NCBI GenBank assembly: GCA_013265495.1
Contig: MU061578.1
Location: 3,855,308 to 3,919,307 of the forward strand
Length of the DNA stretch: 64,000 bases
Source: Vicugna vicugna
Taxonomy: Eukaryota
Direction of reading: 5' to 3'
The notes beneath the pieces are model-generated. The model was not told where the DNA came from. It searched no databases and saw nothing but the letters and a program-made list of their open reading frames with translations. Both the position numbers and the translations under genes were made by a program. Numbering within the stretch: position 1 is the first letter of the stretch; each line of letters opens with the position of its first letter. Of the stretch, positions 11,301 through 23,300 are shown piece by piece.

Positions 11301-14300
11301 CTTCTGAAGGCAACTGTTTCTGTCCAGCCCATAGTCCTTAAGAGCTGACAGCTCAGTGGGGCAGGAGCATTTGCCACGTAGAAATGGGAATTCTGAGGCT
11401 GGCAAAGGAAAGCCACCCAACCCCCCAGGACTGTGTCCCAGTGCCCCCACCGAGAGGGGCCCTCTGCCCATGTCCACAGCCTGGTTGCTTCTCTGGGGGT
11501 GTGGCTGGCCCCTTTTACAGGTGGGGAGACAGGCTGGGGTGGTAGAGAGGAAAAGCCAAGGTCACAGATCCCCCAAGGGTCGAGGAGAGTGGGGCTAGGG
11601 TGCCCTCCAGTACACTCGGTCCTCCCAGCTGGGTCAGGCAGGACAGCGCAACCCCCAGATGTCTGGGCCCCACACAGACCGAGGCCCTCCCAGGTGATGT
11701 GTGCAGGTGTGTAGGGGTATGTGTGCCTGGACCGCTGTGTACATCCTACGTGCTGTGCCTGAGGTGTGCAAGCAAGTGTGTCACAGTGTGTGTGTGCTGA
11801 GGCAGCTTGGCCTCACAGGGCCCCTGACTGTGGCAAGTCCAAGCCGCCACTGTGCAGAGTCACCCAGGCCCCAGAGACTTGGCACTGGGAGGTGGTAACT
11901 GAGTGATGATGGCTCAAGTGCATCCTGTGCTGGAATGTTCACGTTTCCTTCACCTGTTTAACATGGCTGCTAGAAAGTGGCTTGTGTTATTCTTCTGTGA
12001 ATGGCGTGGCCCCAGGTGGATAAGCTTCTCTGCCTATTTGTGTCCCTGCCCCGGAGTGTGAACAGAGAGCCCCTGTGCAGGCTGTGCGTGTGCCCAGGTG
12101 TGCAGGTGGACACCCCACGTCAGTCTCCACATGTGTGTGGACCCCAGGCGCCTGGTGTAACAGCTGAGCAGCCTGAGCCTCCCCGTGTCCTTCTCCCCGC
12201 AGGACTGGGCCAGGCCCCCAGCCGCCTGTCGGGCCTGAGCGTGCCCTGTCCCCTGCCCAGCCCCCAGGCGGGCACACTGACCTGTGAGCTGAGCAACTGC
12301 CCATACTGCACCAGCGCCCTGGAGGACCCGGAGCTGGAATTCAGTGACTCAGACAGCGGAGACTCAGACAGCAATGGGGTCTACGAGTTCACACAGGATG
12401 TGCGGCACGGGGACCGCCGTGACCCCATGCAGCCATCCCCAGCGGTGGACGCGCCAGGCCCAGGTGGGGCACGGCGGCGGGTGCAGCGGCGGGCAGCAGC
12501 GGGTGAGCTGGGTGGGTTGGGCCGTGTCTGGACCTCCTTCAGTAGCAAGCTGCGCAGGATCGTGGACAGCAAGTACTTCAACCGTGGCATCATGGTGGCC
12601 ATCCTCACCAATACGCTGAGCATGGGCGTCGAGTACCACGAGCAGGTGGGTGGGCTGCATGGATGGCCCTTGGAGTGACCCCCCGGGAGCACATCTCTCG
12701 TGTCTTCTTGGGAATGCAGCTTCTTACGGGGCCCCACAGAGGGGTTTGTGGGGATAGGGGAACAGGGATGGCCTGGGAGTTGGATGTTGGCTGTTGTGGG
12801 AATTTTTATTGGTCACTCAGCAAACACTAATACTTATCCTTGGCCCACCCTCTGATGAGTGGTGACCAGAGAAACCATGGCTCCCAGCCGGGGGTCCTCC
12901 CATCTTGGGTAGAGGGTTGAAATCACAGACCCAGGAGCAGCAGGGGGCCTAAGTGCTCATTGGGCCATTCAGTGCTCTTCTCAGGATGGGATCTCCACAG
13001 CCCAGCTCTTGCAGGGAGAGGCCCCCCCCTTACATGAGCCAGACCTACCGGCTATTCCCCCTGGGGTGCCCTCAGGTGGCTACAAGAGGCCAGTGGTGTA
13101 GAACGGTCTTCAGAGGAGGAATTGTGGGGTTGATGCCTGGCCCCCCAGTTGCCTGATGCCTAGACCCTACCCTGCACACTGGTCCACTCCAGCCTCAGCC
13201 CAGCACTGGGGCCTTGGCAGAGATGAGCAGTGGCCGGGTCAGGCAGGGAGAGGGAGCCCTCTCTGGGGAGAGAGGCCAGTTCACTTTTATCGACTAAATT
13301 GACTTCCTCGTCTTCCGCCCTCTGGGCTTTTCAAGTCACTTCAGCTGTGTTCTTTCATCCTGGAGCAATTTAGGGACAAACCCAAGCAGTGTTAGCCACC
13401 AGCAGGCCCCGGCAGAGAGGTTCTCTTTGTGAGGGTGAGATCCAAGGCAGAGACAGCAACAGGCCATGAAGGACTCCTTGGCAAGGAAAAGCCTCTGCGC
13501 GTGTATGCGTGTGTGCGCGCACACACGCATACACACCCTTGAACGTACACACCCTTGAATGTGCACACATATACCTGATTGCATACATGTGCGTACAGGA
13601 GCACAAACACAGGTGCACACATGTATGCACATAAAGTTTATCTGTGCAGATGTGGATTCATGTGCACATGCACACATAGGTGGCTGTGCACACACATAGC
13701 ACATACAGCTACATGCACGGGTGCGGGCGGAAACTCACATGTGCACCCAAGCAGGCCACAGACTGGCACACATGTGCACATACATGCAAGCATTTATGCT
13801 GGTGCAGGTGTGCACATGTATACACATGTGCAGGTGCACACACACACAGGCCAGCACATCCCCAGTAAGAGGCCTCTAGGCCTTCTGCCAACAAGGAGGG
13901 GTGTGCAAGGCCACTAGGGGTCAGGGCAGCTGTTCAGAGTCAGCAGCCATGTTGTCCACACCCTGTGCACCCCCACACCCACCCTGGATCCTTGGTGCAG
14001 ATGCTCCTGGCCCTGTTCCCGTGGCCTGCGCTTGGGAAGTCTTGGAAGTCTCCAGAACCCTGGTTCTCAGACATGGTGGTGGGGAGATCGGGCAGGGCTG
14101 GGGGGAGTCAGGGACAGTCAGGAGATACAGGCAGGCCTGGGCCCAGCTGGAGGGAGTACCCTGCGGTCCTGCTTTCCTCCTCCAGATGGCAGCCAAGTGG
14201 GCTCCTTCTGAGATGCTGCCACTGCCCCTTGGCCCCTCGATGTAGCCTTCCCTGCTCCTAGACCACGCAGGCAGTATCCCTCCGCTCTCAGGGAGTAGTG

Positions 14301-17300
14301 GGAACCATGGGCAGGCCCTGACAGCCCCTCTGCCGCCCCCAGCCTGACGAGCTGACCAACGCCTTGGAGATCAGCAACATTGTGTTCACAAGCATGTTTG
14401 CCCTGGAGATGCTGCTAAAGCTGCTGGCCTGCGGCCCAGTGGGCTACATCCGGAACCCCTACAACATCTTCGATGGCATTATTGTCGTTATCAGGTGGGT
14501 CCTCACCTCCTGCTCAGCCCACAGGGGCCTGAGAGGCTCCAGCCTCAGGCAACAGCCTCAGCCAGTGGATGAGGCCCTGCCAGGAGCATTTCATGACAAG
14601 CAAAAGGGGAATGTCTTGAGCAGGGCCCCCTGCCCCTCCCCACGGGCACTGTCGGGTACACACAGGTAGGTCAGCGCATCTCAGATGGATGTTTCTAGGA
14701 TCCGGTGGAGCTGTTCCCTGCAGGAACAGAGTGGGCGCTCGGCAGGCTTTCATCTGGAGTCTGGACTCCACTGAGGGCTCAGCCCCTGCGAGGAAGGCCA
14801 GCTTGCCCCAGGGCATCTGCTGGAGCAAAATCAACACAGAAAGAACAGGATAATCTTGGGGAATTCCCTCCTCCAGGAAGAAGCAGGGCCCTCAGGAGTC
14901 AAGGGATTCCCCCACCCTAATGAGAATAGACAAGCCAGGCATAGCTTAAAAGACACAGGATTGGGAAAGGCCCTTAATTGAGGAGCTACTGACTAGGCCA
15001 GCACCAAGGTTCTGGCAGCTGCTGCGGGTCGGGCAACCACCAGGGATGGCAGCTTATTGGGGGCTTCAGAGATGTTGCCTCCATCCCTCAGCCCAACCTG
15101 CTTCCCACATGGAGTTGAGCAAAGGCCACAGTGGCTCCTGGGCTCTGTTCTCGTTGTTGGGAAGAGGGCATCCCAGGGTCAGGGTGCGCACAGGGACACG
15201 TGGCCAGAGAAAGGCCCACCTGATCCTTGGCTCACCTGCAGCGTCTGGGAGATCATTGGGCAAGCGGATGGTGGGCTGTCGGTGCTGCGGACCTTCCGGC
15301 TGCTGCGGGTGCTGAAGCTGGTACGCTTCATGCCCGCGCTGCGGCGCCAGCTGGTGGTGCTCATGAAGACCATGGACAACGTGGCCACCTTCTGCATGCT
15401 GCTCATGCTCTTTATCTTCATCTTCAGGTGGGTGCCCGCTGAGGGGTCATCCCACCCCAAGCCTGGCTGTGAGGGCAAGGCCTGGGGCTCAGCACATGTG
15501 CCTGCCCCAGAGAGAAGGCCTCTCCCACCACACCAGCCCTGTGCTTCTGGCATCAGACCCGGGAGCCTCCAAGTGGCAGCAGAAACTCAGTTGCTAGTTC
15601 CTTCTAACAACACTGATGCTGGGCTCTGCTCTCGTGGGCTCACAGCTGAGGAGGGGATGGGTCAGGCTCCTAGCTGGATGGATTGGGGACTTCGCCTAAA
15701 GAAAAGGCAAGAATAATGGGATGCAGAGGAATGGCAGGGCAGCTGGGCTGGAGTTCCTTGATTTTAATTGATGTTTGCTGAGCCCCTGCCGCGGCCCATC
15801 CTGGACTGGGGCTCAGGCCTCAGGGAAGTGGCTGGGGCAGAGACAGTCCCGGTCCTGGCCACTGCCAGAAGCCAGAGCCTCTGGTTGTTTCTTCTGCCCC
15901 TAGCCTTGGTCTTCCCACCTGTACAATGGGAGGGCCCTGTGAACCAGAAAGCTAGGGGCCTGGTGGGGGAGGTGTAGAGGAGCAGCTGCTGGGTGTGGAG
16001 GTGACCAGGCAGAGCACTCTCCTTCCCCCCTCCTGCACCCCACCCCCACCCCCACTGCATCCCTGCCTCCCGTCCTCAGCATCCTCGGTATGCACCTATT
16101 TGGCTGCAAATTCAGCCTGAAGACGGACACCGGAGACACGGTCCCTGACAGGAAGAACTTTGATTCCTTGCTGTGGGCCATTGTCACCGTGTTCCAGGTA
16201 AAACCTGGTAGGACCATCCCCTGATGTAAATGGTCCCTGGAGGGCCACAGCCCTGCTCAGAGCAACCCCAGAGCTGACCGAGGCCCCTTTGAGGCCAGCA
16301 CAGGTGAAGAGCTGGGGATGGTGGCAGGGATACTGACTGGGCCCCAGGGAGGTGGACTTGGTCTCGCTTGTCCAGCGCTCTCTCTGGTCCTGAGGGCCTG
16401 TCAGCATTTCCACAGCCATGCCCACCATCCTGGTGCCCCATTGGCCCCCATGTTGAGCCTGAGCTGCTTGGCTGACCCTCCTCCCCCAGATCCTCACCCA
16501 GGAGGACTGGAACGTGGTTCTCTACAACGGCATGGCCTCCACCTCCTCCTGGGCCGCCCTCTACTTCGTGGCTCTCATGACCTTTGGCAACTACGTGCTC
16601 TTCAACCTGCTGGTGGCCATCCTGGTGGAGGGTTTCCAGGCCGAGGTGAGGGGCATGAGGTGAGGGAGGCTTCCAGGGGGAGGCGGTGGGAGCCAGGCAT
16701 GTTGTGCAGGAGTCCTGCCCGGACCGACGTGAAGAGGCCTCGGTTCTCTACCTGTTGGGCCCTTCCATCCCCACCCGCCCCCAGCCTCCAAGGGAAGCCT
16801 CACATGTACCATCTGCTCCATGGGCACAGGGTGACGCCAACAGGTCTGACACAGATGAAGACAAGACATCTACCCATGTGGAGGAGGATCTGGACAAGTT
16901 CAGAGGCCTCAGGGCCACAGGTGTGCCTGCGGCTGAGGGCGGGGCAGGGCTGGAGGGGATGCCGCCCACCTGGTCCAGGTGCAGCTGGAGTCCTGCGGGT
17001 GAGTCCTGGGTGCGCAGACTCTCCTTCCTGGGAGCTCTGCAGCCTTGAGTGACCTCCTCCCCTCCAGAGATGAAGATGTACTCACTGGCGGTGACCCCCA
17101 ACGGGCACCTGGAGGGCCGGGGCAGCCTGCCCCCTCCCGTCATCATGCGCACGGCAGCCACACCCATGCCCACCCCTAAGAGCTCCCCACACCTGGACGC
17201 AGCCCACGGTCTCCTGGACTCTCGGCGTGGCAGCAGCAGTTCCGTGGACCCCCAGCTAGGGGACCAGAAGCCTCTGGTAGGGATCCTCCCCTCCTCGGCC

Positions 17301-20300
17301 TCTGGGCACTTTCAGGCTCCACCTGCTCAGTTCCCCAGGGCCTTCCCCAGAGATGATTGAGGGTCCCACATGCCCCACAGTCATACACCATGAATCTCTG
17401 GCCCCGAGTGCCTTGTTTTCTGTAAATGGAGCCAGAAGCTGCTGTTCTAAGGAGTACGAACGGGCAAGTAGAACGTTGGGCTGGAAGTTTATCTTCCAAA
17501 TTTGTAATCAAAGATAAAAGCTGTCAGGGTACAGAGCGTACATGAGAAGGAAAAATAGAGAACGGATGGCAAAAAGGTATAAAAACTGAATATACACAAC
17601 AGTTTGGAAGCTGGGTGGAGGGTTCCATGCGTCACGATCCACAGCGCCCTGTGGAGCTGGAACCCCTGAAGTCTTTCCAGATAAACCCAGGAAACACCGC
17701 CCCCAGCAGACACAGCCAAAACCAGCTTCTCTGAAGAGCCCCAGAGGGGTGGGCTGAGCAGGATGAGCTAATGAGGGGGGAGGGGATATGAGCCCGGAGG
17801 AAGTATGGGCAAACTATCAAGACCGATTGATCGTGTGTGTCAGTAAGGGAAAAGCTTCACGGCTGAGCCTTGGATGGGCAGAGTGATTTAGCAACAAGAT
17901 GCATCACAGCCAAGCTGCTAGGAGCTGAAGGGCAGAGGATGGGCTGTTGAGTGGGGATTCCAGCTCAGCTCCTGCTAGACCCAGGAGGTAAAAATGACGG
18001 AGGGCAGTGGGGATGGGTGCAGCACAGGTGAAATCCCTGCGTCACAGTCCAGTTTACTTCTTGAGGTCATGGCCCAGCTTCTCTTTGCAAGTCCAGAGTA
18101 TGCCAATGAGAAGCTGATTTGAGGCCCTACTTGAGAGATCATGGTCAGCATCTCAGTGGCATCTTTGGATGCCTGGTCCGTAGCTGGTCCTGGACCCTTT
18201 GATGACCCTTGCCCACCCTCTGGTCCGCGAGCAGCCCTGTGGGGCCTGCTTAGTGCTCTGACACTGGCTGGCTTTGTCTCCAGTTCATTGTCAACCCCAC
18301 TATGTGCTGGAGGAGTCTCACTGAAGATGCAGTGCTGCCAGCATCCCCTGGGCAGGGCTGTCTGCTCCTGAAAGATGATCTATGTACAGATGTCACCTAC
18401 AGGTGTTAATGGTGGCACCACTGGATAGGAAAGGCCCCTTTGCTGGGTACCCCTGAGGCTCGATGTTTGGGGTACTTGGGGGACCTAGCCTGCTCACTCT
18501 TGCTCCCTCCCCACAGTCCAGCCTGCGCAGCTCGCCCTGCACCCACTGGGGCCCCAACAGCGCCTGGAGCAGCCGGCGCTCGAGCTGGAACAGCCTGGGC
18601 CGTGCGCCCAGCCTCAAGCGCCGGAGCCAGCGTGGGGAGCGTGAGTCGCTGCTGTCTGGCGAGGGCAAGGGCAGCGGCAGCACAGACGAGGAGGCTGAGG
18701 ACGGCAGGCCCGGGGCAGGGGCCTCACCAGGCACACGTGCCACGCCACTGCGGCGTGCCGAGTCCCTGGACCACCGCAGCACACTGGACCTACAGCCCCC
18801 ACGGCCGGCCACCCTGCTGCCCACTAAGTTTCACGACTGCAATGGACAGGTGCTAGCCCTGCCCAGCGAATTCTTCCTGCGCATCGACAGCCACAAGGAG
18901 GACCTGGCTGAGTTTGATGATGACGTGGAGGATGTGAGTTGGGGGGTACTGCGTCACAGTCTAGTTGTGGGGAGTTGGTTTGGCCCCTTGCTTCCCTCTG
19001 GCCATGGGCTGGTTCCCCAAGGTGTGACTTGGGGTGTGGTGCTCACAGAGGGCCCTCAGGAGGGAGAGGGAAGCAGAACAAACTGGACAGGACCTGATCC
19101 AGCTGATGTAGCCTCAGCTGAACCCCCAGGAGCTCTGGAGTGGGATTCATCCCTGTGTCAGCCCCAGCTCCAGCTGAGGGCTCAGTCTGAGAGGGGCACT
19201 CACCTAGCCTCCACGGACTCCCAGCATGGGTCCCTCACCCAGTGCCTGGGTGGGTGGACAGGGCTGGGCCTGAGGGCAGGAGAGGCTGGGGGCTGACCAG
19301 ACTGGGAGGGGCCCTGAGGACCCAACCCCTGCCTCCTCAGAGCTGCTGCTCCCGGCTGCAGAAAGTGCTGGAGCCCTACAAGCCCGAGTGCTGTCGGAGC
19401 CGAGAGCCCTGGGCCCTGTATCTCTTCTCCCCCCAGAACAGGTGAGGGCTGTGCCTGACAGGGGGCCCCTGTGTCCCCACCACTCGGTGAGCGCCTAGCA
19501 TGCCTCCTCTGGAGTCACAGGGACTGGGAAGCCAGGGCTTGGCCAGGGCTTCCCTAACCCCCTACCCTTGGCCCCCAGGTTCCGCATCTCATGCCAGAAG
19601 ATCATCGCTCACAAGATGTTTGATCATGTTGTCCTCGTCTTCATCTTTCTTAACTGCATCACGATCGCCCTGGAAAGGCCAGACATCGACCCTGGCAGCA
19701 CCGTGAGGCGCCCTTCTTGTCCGGGAGGGGTGGGGTCTCGCAGCCGTGGCAGGCCCCTCCCACACTCCTGTCTCCTGCAGGAGCGCGTCTTCCTCAGTGT
19801 CTCCAACTACATTTTCACAGCGATCTTCGTGGCTGAGATGATGGTGAAGGTACAGCATGTCCAGGGGGGCCGGGAGTCTGTCCTTCTGGCCTTAAGGCCC
19901 AGTCCCAGGCCTCTGTTCAGCTCACCAGCCCACCTTCCACTGGGCCTCTCCTCTGCGCCTGTCAGGTAGTGGCCCTGGGCCTGGTCTCTGGCGAGCACGC
20001 CTATCTGCAGAGCAGCTGGAACGTGCTGGATGGGCTGCTGGTCCTGGTGTCCCTGGTCGACATCGTCGTGGCCATGGCCTCAGCCGGTGGTGCCAAGATC
20101 CTGGGCATCCTGCGTGTGCTGCGCCTGCTGCGGACACTTCGGCCCCTGAGGTGGGTGGGGCTGGTGGGACGGAGCCAAGGCAGGGTGGGGTAGGGCTAGA
20201 TGGGCATGGTGGGGCAGGATGGGGTGGGACCAGGGAAGGAGCAGGATGGGGTGGATCCAGATGGTGGGGCAAGTGGAGTCCAGGGGAGATTGGGACTGGG

Positions 20301-23300
20301 GCCAGCTTGGGTTGGGGTCTTAGCAGCACTAGGCCCTGTCCTGGTGGCTGCTCCCTTGGGTGGGTCACACAGCGCATTCCCTCTGCCCCTCGCCCAGGGT
20401 CATCAGCCGCGCTCCGGGCCTCAAGCTGGTGGTTGAGACTCTGATATCATCGCTCAGGCCCATTGGAAACATTGTCCTCATCTGCTGTGCCTTCTTCATC
20501 ATCTTTGGCATCCTGGGGGTGCAGGTTCGTGGCCCTGCTTACCTGGGTGTCCCTCCACAGGATGGTGGTTGGTGGTCAGCAACAGCATAGCAGTCCCGGG
20601 AGGGCCAAGGCCCCAGCCGACAGGGAGAGAAACCCTAATCTCTGCCTGGCTGCTCCAGGTGCCCCAGGTGGGCGGATCTGGAAGGTGGGGTTGCAGTGCC
20701 CGACCCTCGAGTGCCCTCCTTGCCTTGCTCAGCTCTTCAAAGGGAAGTTTTACTACTGCGACGGTGCCGACACCAGGAACATCTCCACTAAGGCCGAGTG
20801 CCGGGCAGCTCGCTACCGCTGGGTGCGGCGCAAGTATAACTTTGACAACCTGGGCCAGGTACGTGGGACTGGGGGCTGGGGGCTGGGGAGGGGTCAGGGT
20901 CGGGGCAGGCTTGGTGGGAGTGGTCTCAGCTAGCTTCGCCCTCGTCTGAAAGGCAGGAGTGGCAGGACCTTGGTGTGTTGTGAGTGAGGCTGTGGTCGGG
21001 GGTGTGGTCCTTTGGGGGAGCCCGTGCCCACACGCCCAGCAGTCACCACCTTGCTCTGGCCTGGCAGGCGCTCATGTCCCTGTTCGTGCTCTCGTCCAAG
21101 GACGGCTGGGTGAACATCATGTACGACGGGCTGGATGCCGTGGGCATAGACCAGCAGGTGCGGTGGGCAGTGGGTAGCCCTGGGCCTCCTAGTGGACCGT
21201 TCTTCCTGTATCCTCTGGTCATCTTAGGGAACCTCTGCCAAGAGGCCGCCTTTGGCCTCTGAGGACTTCCAGAGTTCCTCATCGTGGGCTAGAGCTCCCC
21301 TGCAGGCGAGGCTGTGCCTGGGAGGGGCGCCCCGGCCGGCAGGCACCCACGCACCACTCCTGTGCTGCAGCCAGTGCCCAACCACAACCCTTGGATGCTG
21401 CTCTACTTCATCTCCTTCCTGCTCATCGTCAGCTTCTTTGTGCTCAACATGTTCGTGGGTGTCGTGGTGGAGAACTTCCACAAGTGCCGGCAGCACCAGG
21501 AGGCCGAGGAGGCACGGCGGCGGGAGGAGAAGCGGCAGCGGCGCCTGGAGAGGAAACGCAGGAGTAAGGCACTCCCAGTGGCGGTGGCGGTGGCTGGTCG
21601 GTACCTGTGTGCCACCCCGGTCCTTTCCACCTGCCCCAGCTCCCTGTGCGCCTGTCCCTGAGGTCCCTGAGGGTGGCAGGGGACCAGAGGACCAGCCTGC
21701 GTCAGCTCCGAGACCCAGCCACTACTGGCCCGAGCCTGGGTCTCCCCGGCACTTGAGCCGTGCTATGCAGCCAGCACCCAGGCAGCAGCTCAGTGGCTGC
21801 ACCCTGGAGCCCACCATGTGGCCACGCTCCCTTTGGCCCCCCAGCCCCAGCCTCACTGAATAGCTCTGCCTGCTTGTTCTTCTTGCCCTCAGAGGAAGGG
21901 CCCAGGCGGGGAGGGCAGCTGCAGCAAGAGGCAGAGGTCCCTTCCCAGGAGACACAGGTGATGAATGAGACCCAGTTCCGAGCTCGATCACTGTAGGGCA
22001 GGCTCACCCCCATGAGTTCTCATGCCAAAGGAGGAGCAAGCAAAGCCATCCAAGACAGAGAGAAGGTCTTAGGAAAACCCCACCCAGCTTGGGAGCAAAG
22101 AGGGCTTTCTGCAGGAGGGGCTGCTAAGCATCCCCCGCCCCGCCCGCCCCGTGTGGAGTCTCCTGGCCCTGCCCACTGTGGCCAGCTCAGATCGTCTCCT
22201 TGTCTTTCCAGGCACTTTCCCCAACCCAGGTACCTGCCCCCGCCCCGCATGCCTTAGCCCCCCTGCTTCTGCCGGCCACTGCACGGGGCTGTGGACTGGC
22301 CTGATCTCCGTCCCTCTGCCACTGCCACAGGAAAAGGTGGACACTGCAGGCGGTGCCAAGCCCGCTGGGGTCCACCACAGGGTGGGCATGGGAAGCTAGG
22401 GTGGGTGCCAGGTGCCAGCGGGAGGGAGGAAGGGTTGCCAGCCAGCCTGTCTGGTGTCCACACTGCTGCCTCCAAGCTCATCTGTGTTCCCCTGCCCGGC
22501 TTGCATGCTTGACTGCTTCTCAGCCACACCTGGGACGCCTGCTGGCTCCTGGCTGCTCCATGTCCTCATTGCTGGCCTGGCACAACTGGCCACTGGCCTC
22601 TTTGGCTGCAAGAGCTGAGCCGAGCTCTCTAGTGACCGCATGCCAGAGCAAGGAGCATGCAGACCCCAGGGAGGGATCAGTTCCCGTCGGGCCCTGGTCC
22701 TCGCCCATGGGGTTCTGTGGCCGAGGTGGGTTCCCTGTGTAGTGGTGGTGGCTATTCCCTCATCCAGTGGGAGCTCAGCAGGCACCAATCTGCCCTAAAG
22801 GGTTATTGCACGTGGAGCATTTAGTGCAGACAGGCTTGCTGGGGGATGCATGACCCCCACTCCCAGGTCACAGCCATCAATCTCAGATGGATCATAGACT
22901 GGGCAGACCCCAGACAGCGGGCATTTGGCCTCTGGCCCCCGCGGAGGACAGGGAGTGGAAGGAACCTGGGCCTGGCAGCCAGAAGGCAGCGCGTGCCCAG
23001 CCTGGGAGATGGGGTATCTGGTGGGCTGTGCTACCCAAGAAAACTCTCGTCTGCCCACCCTTCATCACTGAGGTGTCTCTGAACCCTGATGCCAGCCCAG
23101 GAGAGTGGACCACATGGGCCCCGGCTTGGGAGCTCCAATCAGGGCGAGGTCCGGGCAGAACCCAGGTGGGGTCTCGCTTCCAGGCCCACTCCTGGGGTCT
23201 GCCCTGGGGCTGGGGCCCCTGCAGTGGAGGAGTTTGGTGGGTGACCTGCCCCTGAGGCCCATGTCTGAGCCCCGGCCCTCCCCCAGCACCCCCACACTCC

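Noticed and set aside
17400..17870. Purine/AT-rich segment in intron 16
   Set aside because: Probably an old repeat fragment; cannot be classified by eye.
21564..21605. Alternative downstream donor extending exon 25, as in CACNA1G
   Set aside because: No GT at the phase-1 position 21 nt downstream; the GTG codons of the read-through are phase 0.
21893..21957. Possible extra cassette exon in intron 25 (pyrimidine tract + AG at 21891-21892, CAG|GTGATG at 21957)
   Set aside because: 65 nt would shift the frame, the donor is weak and I recognise no homology; it could only be a poison exon and needs RNA evidence.
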